From assembly GCA_042216245.1 (NCBI GenBank), contig JBDGUB010000010.1, positions 50,481 through 114,480 of the forward strand: a stretch of 64,000 nt of DNA. The letters run 5' to 3'. Within the stretch, counting starts at the first letter, position 1. Each line of letters opens with the position of its first letter. A program made the position numbers and the translations under genes. This document shows, piece after piece, positions 28,666-38,488 of the stretch. The notes under the pieces are model-generated. The model did no database searches. It saw nothing but the letters and a program-made list of their open reading frames with translations, and had not been told where the DNA came from. This stretch comes from Halobacterium sp. Its GTDB lineage: Archaea; Halobacteriota; Halobacteria; Halobacteriales; Halobacteriaceae.

Positions 28666-29181
28666 CTACGTGACGGTTTCGAGTTCGGCTTCGACGGCGC
28701 GGAGCGCACGCCGCGCGATCTGTTCCTTGATCTGGCGTCTCTCGCCGTCGAACTCGTGGCGTTCGACGGTCGCGTAGGAGTCGCCGGTCCCCCAGTCGGC
28801 GGCGTGCGCGACGCCGACGAAGACGGTGCCGACGGGCTTCTCCTCGGTGCCGCCGGTGGGGCCTGCGATGCCGGTCGTGGAGACGCCCCACGTCGTGCCG
28901 GCCTGGTCGCGGACGCCGCGCGCCATCTCGCGGGCGACCGGCTCGCTGACCGCGCCGTGTTCGTCGAGCAGTTCGCGGTCGACGCCGTGGTCGAGTTTCG
29001 CGTCGTACGTGTACGTCACGTACGACCGGTCGAAGTAGTCACTCGACCCCGGGACGTCCGTGAGCAGCGACCCGACGAGGCCGCCGGTGCAGGACTCCGT
29101 CGTGGCGATGGTGTGGCCGGCGTCGCGGAGCGCGTCCCCGAGCGTCTCCTCGACCGGCGGGTCGGCGGCGTACTCGCGCAT
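28666..29181 (-). CDS. CinA C-terminal domain protein (NMN deamidase PncC-like)
   Basis: [34 protein letters not shown]. Confidence 0.9.
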   Translation of the reverse strand: MREYAADPPVEETLGDALRDAGHTIATTESCTGGLVGSLLTDVPGSSDYFDRSYVTYTYDAKLDHGVDRELLDEHGAVSEPVAREMARGVRDQAGTTWGVSTTGIAGPTGGTEEKPVGTVFVGVAHAADWGTGDSYATVERHEFDGERRQIKEQIARRALRAVEAELETVT

Positions 29182-29335
29182 ACCGAGAGCTACCGGGCGC
29201 CCGGGGAAGAAACTGGCGGCGGGCGTCGGGACGGACGGTGCGGGCCGGCCGCGAGCCCGGTCGCATCCGGCGCCGACGGACGCGGGACCAGTCGACGGGC
29301 GAAAGACACACGTGCCGGGACGCGAACGCTTCCGT

Positions 29336-30436
29336 ATGGAGTACGAGGAGCCGCTGTTCTTCCGCGTGATGGAGTACGCGGCCCGCGCGGACGGCGACGT
29401 CATCGACATGGTGTCCGGGAACCCCGACTGGGGGTCGCCGCCCGGCGTCGCCGAGGGCCTCCACGAGTACGCCGACACCGGCGGCGCGGACTTCCAGTAC
29501 CCGCCGAGCGAGGGCATCCGTGAGCTCCGCGAGGAGATCGCGGCGCGCCGCGGCGTCGACGAACAGCAAGTGGTCGTCACGTGCGGCGGCGGGGAAGCGA
29601 ACTACCTCGCGATGGGGCGCGCGCTGGAGCGCGGCGCCGGCGACGAGGTCGTGATGACCGACCCCGTCTACCCGTACTATCCCGGGAAGACGACGATGCT
29701 CGGCGGCACCCAGCGGTTCGTCGAGACGGCGCCCGACGGCAGCCTCGACCCCGGCGACGTCCGCGACGCCGCCAGCGAGGACACCGCGTGCATCGTCGTG
29801 AACACGCCGAACAACCCGACGGGCGCGGTGTACGGCGAGGACACGATGGCGGAACTAGTCGAGGTGGCCGAGGAGTGCGACGCGTTGCTGGTCAGCGACG
29901 AGGTCTACGACCACTTCGACTTCTCGGGGCGGTTCACGAGCGCGCTCGCGTTCGACTCCGAGCACCGCGTCGTCACGAACTCGTTCTCGAAGACGCTCGC
30001 CATCACGGGGTTCCGGGTGGGGTACGCGGTCGCGCCCGAGCGCCACGCCGACCCGATGAAGTCCCGGCACATGCTCACGAACGTCGCGTCGAGCCGGCCC
30101 GCGCAGGCCGCCGTGCTGCACGCGCTCCGCGAGACCGGCCCCGAGTACTACCGCGAGAACCGCGAGCTGCTCCGGGAGCGCGTCGAGACGTTCACGGACG
30201 CCCTCGACGACGCGGGCGCCGAGTACACGACGCCCGACGGCGCGTTCTACGTGCTCGCGCGCTTCCCGGAGTTCCCGGGCACGCTCGAGAACACGTTCGA
30301 GCTCATCGACGAGGCGGGCGTCGCGGGGATGCCCGGGTCGGGGTTCGGCGAGTCGCGGGCTGACTGGCTGCGGTTCGCGCTCGTGACGCCGCGCGTCGAG
30401 GCGGCCGCCGACCGCCTCGCCGCCTACTTCGACTGA
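29336..30436 (+). CDS. PLP-dependent class I/II aminotransferase
   Basis: [33 protein letters not shown]. Confidence 0.9.
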   Translation: MEYEEPLFFRVMEYAARADGDVIDMVSGNPDWGSPPGVAEGLHEYADTGGADFQYPPSEGIRELREEIAARRGVDEQQVVVTCGGGEANYLAMGRALERGAGDEVVMTDPVYPYYPGKTTMLGGTQRFVETAPDGSLDPGDVRDAASEDTACIVVNTPNNPTGAVYGEDTMAELVEVAEECDALLVSDEVYDHFDFSGRFTSALAFDSEHRVVTNSFSKTLAITGFRVGYAVAPERHADPMKSRHMLTNVASSRPAQAAVLHALRETGPEYYRENRELLRERVETFTDALDDAGAEYTTPDGAFYVLARFPEFPGTLENTFELIDEAGVAGMPGSGFGESRADWLRFALVTPRVEAAADRLAAYFD

Positions 30437-30484
30437 CCGGGCGGCGACCGACGGATTCACCCTCCTGGGTGGCCTGCCACGAAC

Positions 30485-31516
30485 ATGGACGAAATCGAGG
30501 TCGAGGCCGTCGACTCCCTCGACCCCGGCGTGTCGACCGGGACCGCGGAGTACGTGCTGTACGGCGGGAAGGGCGGCGTCGGGAAGACGACGATGGCGGC
30601 GGCGACCGCGCTCGCGAGCGCGAACGACGGGACGGCGACGCTCGTCGTGTCGACGGACCCCGCGCACTCGCTGTCTGACACCCTCGGGACGGAGATTCCC
30701 GCCGAGCCCGCCCAGATTCGGGAGGACGCGCCGCTCTGGGCGGTCGAGATCGACCCCGACGACGCGCTCGACCGCGCCGGGATGTTCGGCCAGGACGGCG
30801 GGTTCGCTGGCGGCCTGGACGCCCTCCTCGGCGGGACCGCCGGGGACGCCGCGGAGGACGCGGCGATGATGCCGGGCGCCGACGAGGCCGCGGCGATGCA
30901 GTTGCTCCTCGAGTACATGGACGACGACCGCTTCGACCGCGTCGTCGTCGACACCGCGCCGACCGGCCACACGCTCCGGCTGCTGGAGCTCCCCGAGGTC
31001 CTCGACTCGATGGTCGGGCGGTTCATCCAGCTCCGGGAGCGCTTCGGCGGGATGATGGACGGCCTGAAGGGGATGTTCGGCGGCGAGGACGAGTCCGCCG
31101 AGCAGGGCCTGGGCGACCTCGACGCCGTGAAGGAGCGCGTCCGTCGCCTCCGGAGCGTGCTCACGGACCCCAACAGGACGGACTTCCGGGTCGTGCTCGT
31201 CCCCGAGGAGCTGAGCGTCCTGGAGTCCGAGCGCCTCGTCGCCCGCCTCGACGAGTACGGCGTCCCCGTCGGCACCGTCGTCGTCAACCGCGTGATGGAG
31301 CCGCTGGCGGACGTCGCGGACGTCCCCGCGGACGCGTTCGTCTCCCCGAACCACGAGGACTGCGAGTTCTGCGCGCGCCGCTGGGACGTCCAGCAGCAGG
31401 CGCTCGCGGACGCCCAGGACCTCTTCCGGGGCGTCGACGTCAAGCGCGTCCCGCTGCTCGCCGAGGAGGTCCGCGGGGAACGCCCGCTCCGGGTGGTCGG
31501 CGCCTGCCTCCGGTGA
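30485..31516 (+). CDS. ArsA/Get3(TRC40)-family ATPase
   Basis: GGKGGVGKTT, STDPAHSLSD, DTAPTGHTLRLL, C-terminal CEFC. Confidence 0.9.
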   Translation: MDEIEVEAVDSLDPGVSTGTAEYVLYGGKGGVGKTTMAAATALASANDGTATLVVSTDPAHSLSDTLGTEIPAEPAQIREDAPLWAVEIDPDDALDRAGMFGQDGGFAGGLDALLGGTAGDAAEDAAMMPGADEAAAMQLLLEYMDDDRFDRVVVDTAPTGHTLRLLELPEVLDSMVGRFIQLRERFGGMMDGLKGMFGGEDESAEQGLGDLDAVKERVRRLRSVLTDPNRTDFRVVLVPEELSVLESERLVARLDEYGVPVGTVVVNRVMEPLADVADVPADAFVSPNHEDCEFCARRWDVQQQALADAQDLFRGVDVKRVPLLAEEVRGERPLRVVGACLR

Positions 31517-31570
31517 GCGCGGTCGGCGCCTGCCTCCGGTGAGCGTGCTCGACGACTGCCGCCGGTGAGA
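31495..31570 (+). repeat. 26-bp tandem duplication of the ArsA/Get3 3' end (2 near-exact copies and 1 degenerate)
   Basis: ggtcggcgcctgcctccggtgagcg at 31495 and 31521; gctcgacgactgccgccggtgag at 31547. Confidence 0.85.
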
Positions 31571-31615
31571 ACGCAGCCGGCAGACGAGCCTCGGTAGACA
31601 GCTGCGTTCCGTTTC

Positions 31616-32434
31616 TCAGGCGACGTACTTCAGGAGCACGCGGTAGCCGGCGTCCAGCCAGCGGTCCGGCAGGAACCGCGCGAGCACGCCGAACCGGCCG
31701 GGCGCCGCGACCGGGTACCGGGGCTTCGGGTTCGGGCTGACCGCTGCCTCGGTGATGGCTTCCGCGACGCGCTCGGGTGGCACCGCGCCGACGCCGTTCA
31801 CCGCGCTCGCGTCCTCGAAGAACGAGTAGACGCGCTCGTAGGCGCCGCTGCGGTCGAGGGCCGCGAGCTCGTCGCTCGCGCGCTCGTCGAAGTCCGTCTC
31901 CACGGGCCCCGGTTCGACCACCGCGACGTCGACGCCGTGCTCGGCGACTTCGCCGCGGAGCGCGTCGCTCATCCCCTCGAGCGCGAACTTCGAGCCGTTG
32001 TACGCGCCCATCCCGGGGGTCGCGACGCGCCCGGAGACGCTGGAGACGTTCACGATGGTGCCGTCGCCGCGCTCGCGCATGTGCGGGAGCGCGGCGCGAA
32101 TCAGGCGGTGGGGGCCGTAGACGTTCACGTCGAACTGGCGGTGGAGGTCCCGCGTCGGGACGTCCTCGAGGGGGCCGAGCTGCGCGAACCCCGCGTTGTT
32201 CACCAGGCAGTCCAGCCGGCCGTGCTCCGCGACCGTCTCGTCGACGACGTTCCGGCACTGCGCCGGCTTCGTGACGTCGAGTTCGGCGGTCTCGCAGCCC
32301 GCGTCGGCGAGCTCCGCGAGGTCGTCGGTGTCTCGCGCCGTGGCGACCACGGTCCACTCCTCGGCGAGCAGCGACCGCGCGGTCGCCGCGCCGACGCCCG
32401 ACGAACACCCCGTGACGAGTGCGACGTTCTCCAT
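31616..32434 (-). CDS. Short-chain dehydrogenase/reductase
   Basis: TGCSSGVG, NNAG, VSS, YNGSK (YxxxK). Confidence 0.92.
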   Translation of the reverse strand: MENVALVTGCSSGVGAATARSLLAEEWTVVATARDTDDLAELADAGCETAELDVTKPAQCRNVVDETVAEHGRLDCLVNNAGFAQLGPLEDVPTRDLHRQFDVNVYGPHRLIRAALPHMRERGDGTIVNVSSVSGRVATPGMGAYNGSKFALEGMSDALRGEVAEHGVDVAVVEPGPVETDFDERASDELAALDRSGAYERVYSFFEDASAVNGVGAVPPERVAEAITEAAVSPNPKPRYPVAAPGRFGVLARFLPDRWLDAGYRVLLKYVA

Positions 32435-32470
32435 ACGCCGGGTGTCGGCGCCCGGTTAATTAACGCTTGA

Positions 32471-32520
32471 GTAGTCGAGCCGGCGCGGCGCTCGAGTGGT
32501 CGGGTCGGCTCGACGGCTAC
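32471..32520. other. GC-rich inverted repeat downstream of nfi
   Basis: gtcgagccggc ... gtcggctcgac arms. Confidence 0.4.
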
Positions 32521-32546
32521 GTCAGTTCCCCGAGCCCACCGGGCGG

Positions 32547-33323
32547 TCACTTCAGTTCCTCGGCGTACCGGTCGGCGAGCCGGGTCGGCGCGGGGAGCTT
32601 GTACCCCGTGCAGGTGGCTTCGACGACGTCGACGGCGGTCTCGGCGGTCACGCGGTGGCCGGGGCTGACGACGAGCGGGTTGACGTGGCGCTTCCCGGGG
32701 TTCGGGTACTGCCGGGACTGGTAGGCGTACCCGACGACGGTGCCGTCGGGGGCGTCCATGGAGTCGTCGGCCTCGATGGCGACCCGGGCGCCCTCCGGGA
32801 GCGGGTCGTCGAGTGGCTCCCGGGGCGTCCCGCAGAGGAGGTTCTTCGCGACGCCGACGGCGGGCGCCTCGAAGAGGACGCCGACGTGCGTCGCGATGCC
32901 GGCCTGCCGGAAGTGGATGCGGCCGCTGCCGTCGAAGACGAGGACGTCCGGCTCGACGGCCAGGTTCCGGAGCGCGTCGACGATGGCGCCGCCCTCGCGG
33001 AACGCCAGCAGTCCCGGGATGTACGGGACGTCCAGCGGGGCGCGGCCCTCGGCGCGCTCGACGACGGCGCCGTCTCGGATGGCAACGGCCGCGCTCACTG
33101 ACTCGTCCTCGCGGAACGCCTGGTCGACGCCGACGACGACGGGGCCGCCCGCGTCGCCCAGGCCCGCCTGCTCGTCCGGCGTCTCCTCGATCGCGGCGTC
33201 CGCGGGGTCGAAGCCGAGTTCGTCCTCGAAGGACGCCTCGGCGGCGATGTCCCGCTGGAGCGCCGCCATCTCGTCGTGGCTGCGGTCCGGGTCCGGGAGG
33301 TACTCCGGGCGGGCGACCTCCAT
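32547..33323 (-). CDS. nfi: Endonuclease V
   Basis: GVDQAF, PYIPGLLAFRE, FDGSGRIH, GIATHVG, GVAK, SPGH, LPAPTRLAD. Confidence 0.94.
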   Translation of the reverse strand: MEVARPEYLPDPDRSHDEMAALQRDIAAEASFEDELGFDPADAAIEETPDEQAGLGDAGGPVVVGVDQAFREDESVSAAVAIRDGAVVERAEGRAPLDVPYIPGLLAFREGGAIVDALRNLAVEPDVLVFDGSGRIHFRQAGIATHVGVLFEAPAVGVAKNLLCGTPREPLDDPLPEGARVAIEADDSMDAPDGTVVGYAYQSRQYPNPGKRHVNPLVVSPGHRVTAETAVDVVEATCTGYKLPAPTRLADRYAEELK

Positions 33324-33324
33324 G

Positions 33325-34281
33325 TCAGCGGCGCCTCCGGCCCGGGCCGCCCGGGCCGCCGGGGCCGCCGCCGAACTGGAGCTGCTGGGGCGCGCGCTCG
33401 CCCTCCCGCTTCAGTTTCGCGCCGTACAGCACGCCGAGGCCGAGGCCGGCGAGGTGCGCGATCTGCGCGACGCCCCCGCTGCCGATGCCGCCCGCGGTCG
33501 ACGCGAAGATGGAGTACGCGGCGAACAGCCCGGTCGCGAGCCACAGCGGCATCGGGATGACGAAGTAGAGGTAGATGCGGAGGTTCGGGTTCAGCACCGT
33601 CAGCACGCCCATCAGTGCGGCGATGGCGCCGCTCGCGCCGAGGACGGCGGCGCCGACGTTCAGCGCCGGCTGCAGCGGCGCGCCGAACCACGACGGGTGC
33701 ATCGCTATCGACGCGCCGACCTGCGCGAGGCCGGCGAGCGCGCCCGCGGCGACGAACAGCGCCGCGAACTTCCGCGACCCGATGCGTTTCTCGACGACGG
33801 GCCCGAAGAAGTACAGCACGACGCTGTTCAACACGATGTGCGTGAACCCGCCGTGCGCGAACACCGCCGTGACGTACGTCCACGCGTAGAACGGGTGCGC
33901 GGAACTCACCGTGAACAGCGCGTACCACTGCCGGCTGTACGCCTCCACGCCGAACGCTGGCGCGACGAGGTACTGCAGGAGGAACGTGAACCACATCACG
34001 GCGAGGAAGAAGAACGTGAGGTTCCCGCGGAAGTACGCCACGAGGCCGCCCGGTCCGGTGTCGACCGGGAGGCGGTCGGCGAGCGTCCGCGACTCGCCGC
34101 CGCGCTGGTTCACGCTGTCGTCGAACCCGCTGTCGAAGACGCCGTCCGGGTCGCCCCACTCGTCGAGGCCGGGGCAGTCGTGGTTCTCCGGGAGGCGGTG
34201 TTTCGAGCAGTAGGTGCCGCCGCAGAGCCGACACTGGTATGGCATCGATTCCTGTTCGCCACACCGGTCACACGTCGCCAT
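33325..34281 (-). CDS. Rhomboid protease with N-terminal AN1-type Zn finger (RhoII-like)
   Basis: CDRC..CRLC..CSKHRLPENHDC; HGGFTHIVLN, GASG catalytic Ser, AHLAG. Confidence 0.92.
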   Translation of the reverse strand: MATCDRCGEQESMPYQCRLCGGTYCSKHRLPENHDCPGLDEWGDPDGVFDSGFDDSVNQRGGESRTLADRLPVDTGPGGLVAYFRGNLTFFFLAVMWFTFLLQYLVAPAFGVEAYSRQWYALFTVSSAHPFYAWTYVTAVFAHGGFTHIVLNSVVLYFFGPVVEKRIGSRKFAALFVAAGALAGLAQVGASIAMHPSWFGAPLQPALNVGAAVLGASGAIAALMGVLTVLNPNLRIYLYFVIPMPLWLATGLFAAYSIFASTAGGIGSGGVAQIAHLAGLGLGVLYGAKLKREGERAPQQLQFGGGPGGPGGPGRRRR

Positions 34282-34372
34282 TACGGGGGAGTTAGGGGTG
34301 ACCGGGGTTATTGTTTTGGGTCGCGGGGGCGGCGGCCGCGGGGCTTTTGCCGGTGTGTGCGGAAGGTGACGT

Positions 34373-34807
34373 ATGCGCGAGTACGAGCGGAAGCAACTCC
34401 TCGAGCGGGTGGACCGCGAGGGGGCGACGGTGGGCGCCGCCATCCCGGACGAGGTCGAGGTGCAGGGGGAGGAGTTCGCGCTGCAGTCGTTCGTCTTCGA
34501 GGTGAAGCGCCACGACGAGGTGCCGGCGGAGCTACGGGAGGAGGTCGACGAACTGAAGAAGCGGCTGCGCCGGGAGCGCCTGCAGCGCCGCGAGCGCCTC
34601 GAGGACGGCGACGTGACCCGGGAGGAGGGCGAGCGCATCGCGGAGGTCCTGGTGGGCCTGGACCGCGCGCTGAACGCGCTGGAGTCCCTGGGGACGACGA
34701 GTCTCGAGGCCGAGGCGGAGGCGAACGAGCGCGCGGACCGGAAGCGGTGGTTCTCGTTCCTGAAGGACGCGCTCGGCCACGACGACAACGAGGGGATCAG
34801 GCGGTGA
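34373..34807 (+). CDS. Conserved archaeal protein (DUF5788-like), coupled to polX
   Basis: MREYERKQLLERVDREGATVGAAIP..GLDRALNAL..RKRWFSFL; GTGA overlap with polX. Confidence 0.8.
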   Translation: MREYERKQLLERVDREGATVGAAIPDEVEVQGEEFALQSFVFEVKRHDEVPAELREEVDELKKRLRRERLQRRERLEDGDVTREEGERIAEVLVGLDRALNALESLGTTSLEAEAEANERADRKRWFSFLKDALGHDDNEGIRR

Positions 34808-36600
34808 GCCGGAACAACGAGGTCGCGTCCGTCCTCGAGGAGTACGCGGACCTCCTGGAGGCCCAGGACGTCGGGTACAAACCGAACACGTACCGGCGCG
34901 CGGCGTCGAACATCCGGGACTACCCCGAGGACGTCGCGGACCTCGCCGCGGAGGGCGCCGACGCCGTCCAGGAGATCGACGCGGTCGGGGACTCCATCGC
35001 GTCGAAGGTCCTCGAGTACCTCGAGACCGGGGAGATCGAGGAGCTGGAGGCGGAACGCGAGAAGCTCCCCGTGGAGATGGCGGAACTGACGTCCGTGGAG
35101 GGCGTCGGCCCGAAGACCGTCAAGCAGCTCTACGACGCGCTCGGCGTCCAGGACCTCGACGACCTCGAGCACGCCGCCCGCGAGCACGAGATACAGGACG
35201 TCGAGGGATTCGGTGCGAAGACCGAGCAGAACATCCTCGACCACATCGGGTTCGCGCGGCAGGCCCAGGAGCGCGAACTCCTCGGGGACGGCCGCCCCAT
35301 CGCGGAGGACGTGCGGGCGTTCCTCGCGGACCTCGACCCCGTCGAGCGCGTCGAGGTCGCGGGGTCGACGCGGCGCTGGCGGGAGACCATCGGGGACGTC
35401 GACGTCCTGGTCGCGAGCGACGAGGGGGAGGCCGTCGGCGAGGCGCTCGCGGACTGGGACCGCGTGGACGAGACCCTCGACCTCGGGCCGACGAAGACGA
35501 GCGTGCGCAGCGGCGACCTCCGCGTCGACCTCCGCGTCGTCGTCGACGACGAGTTCGGGTCCGCGCTCCAGTACTTCACGGGGAGCAAGGACCACAACAT
35601 CACGCTCCGGAACCACGCCATCGAGCAGGGGAAGAAGGTCAACGAGTACGGCGTCTTCGACGTCAGCAGAGAGGCGCGGAGCGCCTCAGGCAGCCGGACA
35701 GAGTCCGGCGACGACGTCGAGGACGCGGACGCCGGCCAGCGCGTCGGCGAACTGCTCGCGAGCGAGACCGAGGACGCCGTCTACGACGCGCTCGGCCTGC
35801 CGTTGATTCCGCCGGAGCTCCGGGAGGACCGCGGCGAGGTCGAGGCCGCCCGCGACGGCGACCTCCCGGACCTCGTCGAACCGGGCGACGTCCGCGGGGA
35901 CCTCCACGTGCACACGGACTGGTCGGACGGCGACCAGTCCGTCGAGGAGATGGTCGCGGGCGCGGCGGAGTTCGGCCACGACTACGTCTGCATCTCCGAC
36001 CACGCCGAGGGCCCGGGCGTCTTCGGGGACGCCGGGCTCACCGACGAGGACGTCCGCGAGCAGGCCGACGAGATCGAAGCCGTCCGCGGGGAGTACGACG
36101 TGACGGTCTTCCACGGCGTCGAGGCGAACGTGGACGCCGACGGCGACGTCGTGGCGTTGAGCGACGACACGCTCGCCGACCTCGACGTCGTCGTCGCGAG
36201 CCCGCACAGCGGCCTCGGCGAGGACGGCGGCGACCAGACCGAGCGCCTCGTCAGCGCCGTCGAGCACCCGTCCGTGGACGTGCTCGGACACCCGTCGGGT
36301 CGACTCATCAACGAGCGGCCGGCGATGGAGTTCGACCCCGAAGCCCTCGGCGAGGCCGCGGCCGACGCCGGCACCGCCCTCGAGGTGAACAGCAACCCCC
36401 ACCGGCTCGACCTCTGGGGGAGCGCCGTGCAGGCCGCCGTCGAGGCGGGCGCGACGCTCTCCACGAACACGGACGCGCACTCCGCGACCGAGTACGAGCA
36501 CGTGGAGTACGGCGTCCACACCGCCCGCCGCGGGTGGGCAGAGACCAGCGACGTGCTGAACGCCCGCGACGCGGACGGCGTCCGGGAGTTCCTGCACTGA
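34804..36600 (+). CDS. polX: DNA polymerase X / PHP 3'-5' exonuclease
   Basis: HhH motifs, AGSTRRWRETIGDVDVL, RVDLR, YFTGSKDHN; PHP motifs DLHVH, SDH, NTDAH. Confidence 0.94.
   Translation: MSRNNEVASVLEEYADLLEAQDVGYKPNTYRRAASNIRDYPEDVADLAAEGADAVQEIDAVGDSIASKVLEYLETGEIEELEAEREKLPVEMAELTSVEGVGPKTVKQLYDALGVQDLDDLEHAAREHEIQDVEGFGAKTEQNILDHIGFARQAQERELLGDGRPIAEDVRAFLADLDPVERVEVAGSTRRWRETIGDVDVLVASDEGEAVGEALADWDRVDETLDLGPTKTSVRSGDLRVDLRVVVDDEFGSALQYFTGSKDHNITLRNHAIEQGKKVNEYGVFDVSREARSASGSRTESGDDVEDADAGQRVGELLASETEDAVYDALGLPLIPPELREDRGEVEAARDGDLPDLVEPGDVRGDLHVHTDWSDGDQSVEEMVAGAAEFGHDYVCISDHAEGPGVFGDAGLTDEDVREQADEIEAVRGEYDVTVFHGVEANVDADGDVVALSDDTLADLDVVVASPHSGLGEDGGDQTERLVSAVEHPSVDVLGHPSGRLINERPAMEFDPEALGEAAADAGTALEVNSNPHRLDLWGSAVQAAVEAGATLSTNTDAHSATEYEHVEYGVHTARRGWAETSDVLNARDADGVREFLH
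35668..35712 (+). repeat. In-frame 45-bp double-hairpin insertion within polX (REARSASGSRTESGD)
   Basis: gaggcgc-gga-gcgcctc and gccggac-aga-gtccggc; rare codons aga/tca/aca. Confidence 0.7.
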
Positions 36601-36603
36601 CGG

Positions 36604-37041
36604 ATGGACGTCCTCGTGGACGCGATGCTCGGCGACGTCGCGCGCGTCCTCAGGATGTGCGGCCACGACGCCGCCTACTGCCTCGACCGCGGCGTCGAGG
36701 CCGACGACGAACTCCTCGCGCTGGCCGAGCGCGAGGGCCGCGTGGTCGTCACGCGGGACCGCGAACTCGCGGCGCGCGCCCCGGAGAGCGTGCTCGTCGA
36801 GTCGAAGGACACGGACGAACAGCTCGCGGAGCTCGCCGACGCGGGCGTCGGTCTCGCCCCGACGCCGGGCGCGCGCTGCGGCGCGTGCAACGGCGACCTC
36901 GAGCGCGTCGACGCGGACGCCGACCTCCCCGAGTACGTCGCCGACGACGCCGACCCGGTCTGGCGGTGTCGCGACTGTGGGCAGTACTTCTGGCGGGGGA
37001 GCCACTGGCGGGACGTCGAGGAACGGCTCGCGGGCCTGTGA
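36604..37041 (+). CDS. Mut7-C RNase (PIN + Zn ribbon) domain protein
   Basis: LVDAMLG..LRMCGHD, VVTRDREL, RCGACNG, CRDCGQYFWRGSHW. Confidence 0.88.
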   Translation: MDVLVDAMLGDVARVLRMCGHDAAYCLDRGVEADDELLALAEREGRVVVTRDRELAARAPESVLVESKDTDEQLAELADAGVGLAPTPGARCGACNGDLERVDADADLPEYVADDADPVWRCRDCGQYFWRGSHWRDVEERLAGL

Positions 37042-37047
37042 CCGGCG

Positions 37048-37974
37048 TCAGCCGTTGCGCTCCCACCAGTCGCAGGCCTCCATGTCGTCCATCTCTTCCT
37101 CGTAGAGCCCGCAGTACGGCTGCATGCCGTCGCCCGTGTTCTGGTAGTCGAAGTGCGTGCAGTTCCCGCAGTACTCGTCCGGGCCGGGGCCGTCGGTCGC
37201 CGGCCGGTCGTCGAGCGGGGACGTGATGTCCTGCGTGCTCGCGCCGCCGTCCGAGACGGACGCTGACGCCGCGGGACCCGGCGAGGGGTCGGGCGTCGAC
37301 GTCGACGCGGTCGACGACGACGCGTCCCCGACCGGGGGTTCGGACTGGTTCGCGCGCGTCTCCTCGTCCGGGTCCTCCACGCCACCGAACACGCCGACCC
37401 CGCCGAACGTCCCGGAGGACAGCGCCTCCCGGGCGTCCACGACGTTCTCCGCCGCGACCTCGACGGTGTGGGTCTCGCCGTCCTTCGTGACGGTGAGTTC
37501 CACCGTGCCGCCGGGGTCGTTGCGCGTCTTGAACGTCGCGACCGCCGTGAACAGGCACCAGAACGTCGTGATGATGCCCGCGAAGTAGACGAGAACGAAC
37601 GCGAGCGTCGCCGTCGACGGGACGCCGCCCGACCCAGGGACGTAGAGGTAGGGGTAGGTCGCGCGGAACATCATCACGCCGAGCACGGTGAGGCCGGCGC
37701 CGACGGCGGCCGCCGCGCGCTGGAGCTTGTTCGCCGGCAGCACCGTGAAGATGCCGACGAACACCGCTGGGACGCCGAGCCCGGCGAGGATGCCGGCGAT
37801 CTCCCGGCTCTCGTACTGCCCGAAGCCGTTGTTGATGAGGACGCCGGTGCCGCCCGCGAGGATGCCGCCGACGACGAGCAGCGCGCCGGCGGCGAACAGC
37901 CCCGTGCCGAGGTAGACGCGCTGCTGGCTCGCCTCCCCCGCGCGCCGGTCGTAGGTCTCCCCGAGGCTCGTCAT
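37048..37974 (-). CDS. Haloarchaeal membrane protein with 4 TM segments, disordered linker and C-terminal 4-Cys domain
   Basis: Hydrophobic N-half; SDGG linker; YCGNCTHF..PYC..ACDWW. Confidence 0.75.
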   Translation of the reverse strand: MTSLGETYDRRAGEASQQRVYLGTGLFAAGALLVVGGILAGGTGVLINNGFGQYESREIAGILAGLGVPAVFVGIFTVLPANKLQRAAAAVGAGLTVLGVMMFRATYPYLYVPGSGGVPSTATLAFVLVYFAGIITTFWCLFTAVATFKTRNDPGGTVELTVTKDGETHTVEVAAENVVDAREALSSGTFGGVGVFGGVEDPDEETRANQSEPPVGDASSSTASTSTPDPSPGPAASASVSDGGASTQDITSPLDDRPATDGPGPDEYCGNCTHFDYQNTGDGMQPYCGLYEEEMDDMEACDWWERNG

Positions 37975-38064
37975 GGACGCCCCTTGTGTGTCCAGGGTAA
38001 AAACACTACGTCAGACGCGGGACGCTTCGAAAGCTTGAATCCCCGGCCCGCCGAAGCGACGCAC

Positions 38065-38352
38065 ATGGCTGACGAATCCGAGGCGGAAGACGAGGGCCCC
38101 GCGGTCGAACTCGGCGAGGGCGAGTCCGTGGAGGGCGCGCCGCTCGCGCGGGTCGCGTCCCGCCTGACGTGGGCGCTCCAGAAGAGCGAGGTCGTCCGCA
38201 AGGAGGGCGACGCCGTGATCCGCACCCCCGACGGCCCCCAGCAGCTCGCGGACGTCCTGGAGGACGTCGACAACACGTACTTCGAGACGCGCCGCGAGTT
38301 CGAGGACGACGTCAGAGCCGTCATCGGCACCGGCCCCGTCCAGACCGAGTAG
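38065..38352 (+). CDS. Small acidic conserved protein (DUF5789-like)
   Basis: VELGEGESVEGAPLARVASRLTW..IRTPDGP..YFETRREF. Confidence 0.7.
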   Translation: MADESEAEDEGPAVELGEGESVEGAPLARVASRLTWALQKSEVVRKEGDAVIRTPDGPQQLADVLEDVDNTYFETRREFEDDVRAVIGTGPVQTE

Positions 38353-38488
38353 CCGGCCACGGCTCCGGCAGTTCTTCCAGCGCCACCCGAACCACCGGCT
38401 GTCCCCCCACCCACGGGACGGGGGAGTTCTTCCAGCGTTCTGAGAACCGCGGGGCAACCATTTTATCCCCCGTGAGTGATGCGAGTGC

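Noticed and set aside
29336-30436. The missing DapC aminotransferase of the dap operon
   Set aside because: Generic class I/II aminotransferase 10 kb away; nothing in the sequence ties it to lysine synthesis.
30485-31516. Arsenic-resistance ArsA pump
   Set aside because: Single ATPase domain with a C-terminal CxxC and no arsB/arsD/arsR neighbours; more consistent with a Get3/TRC40-like protein.
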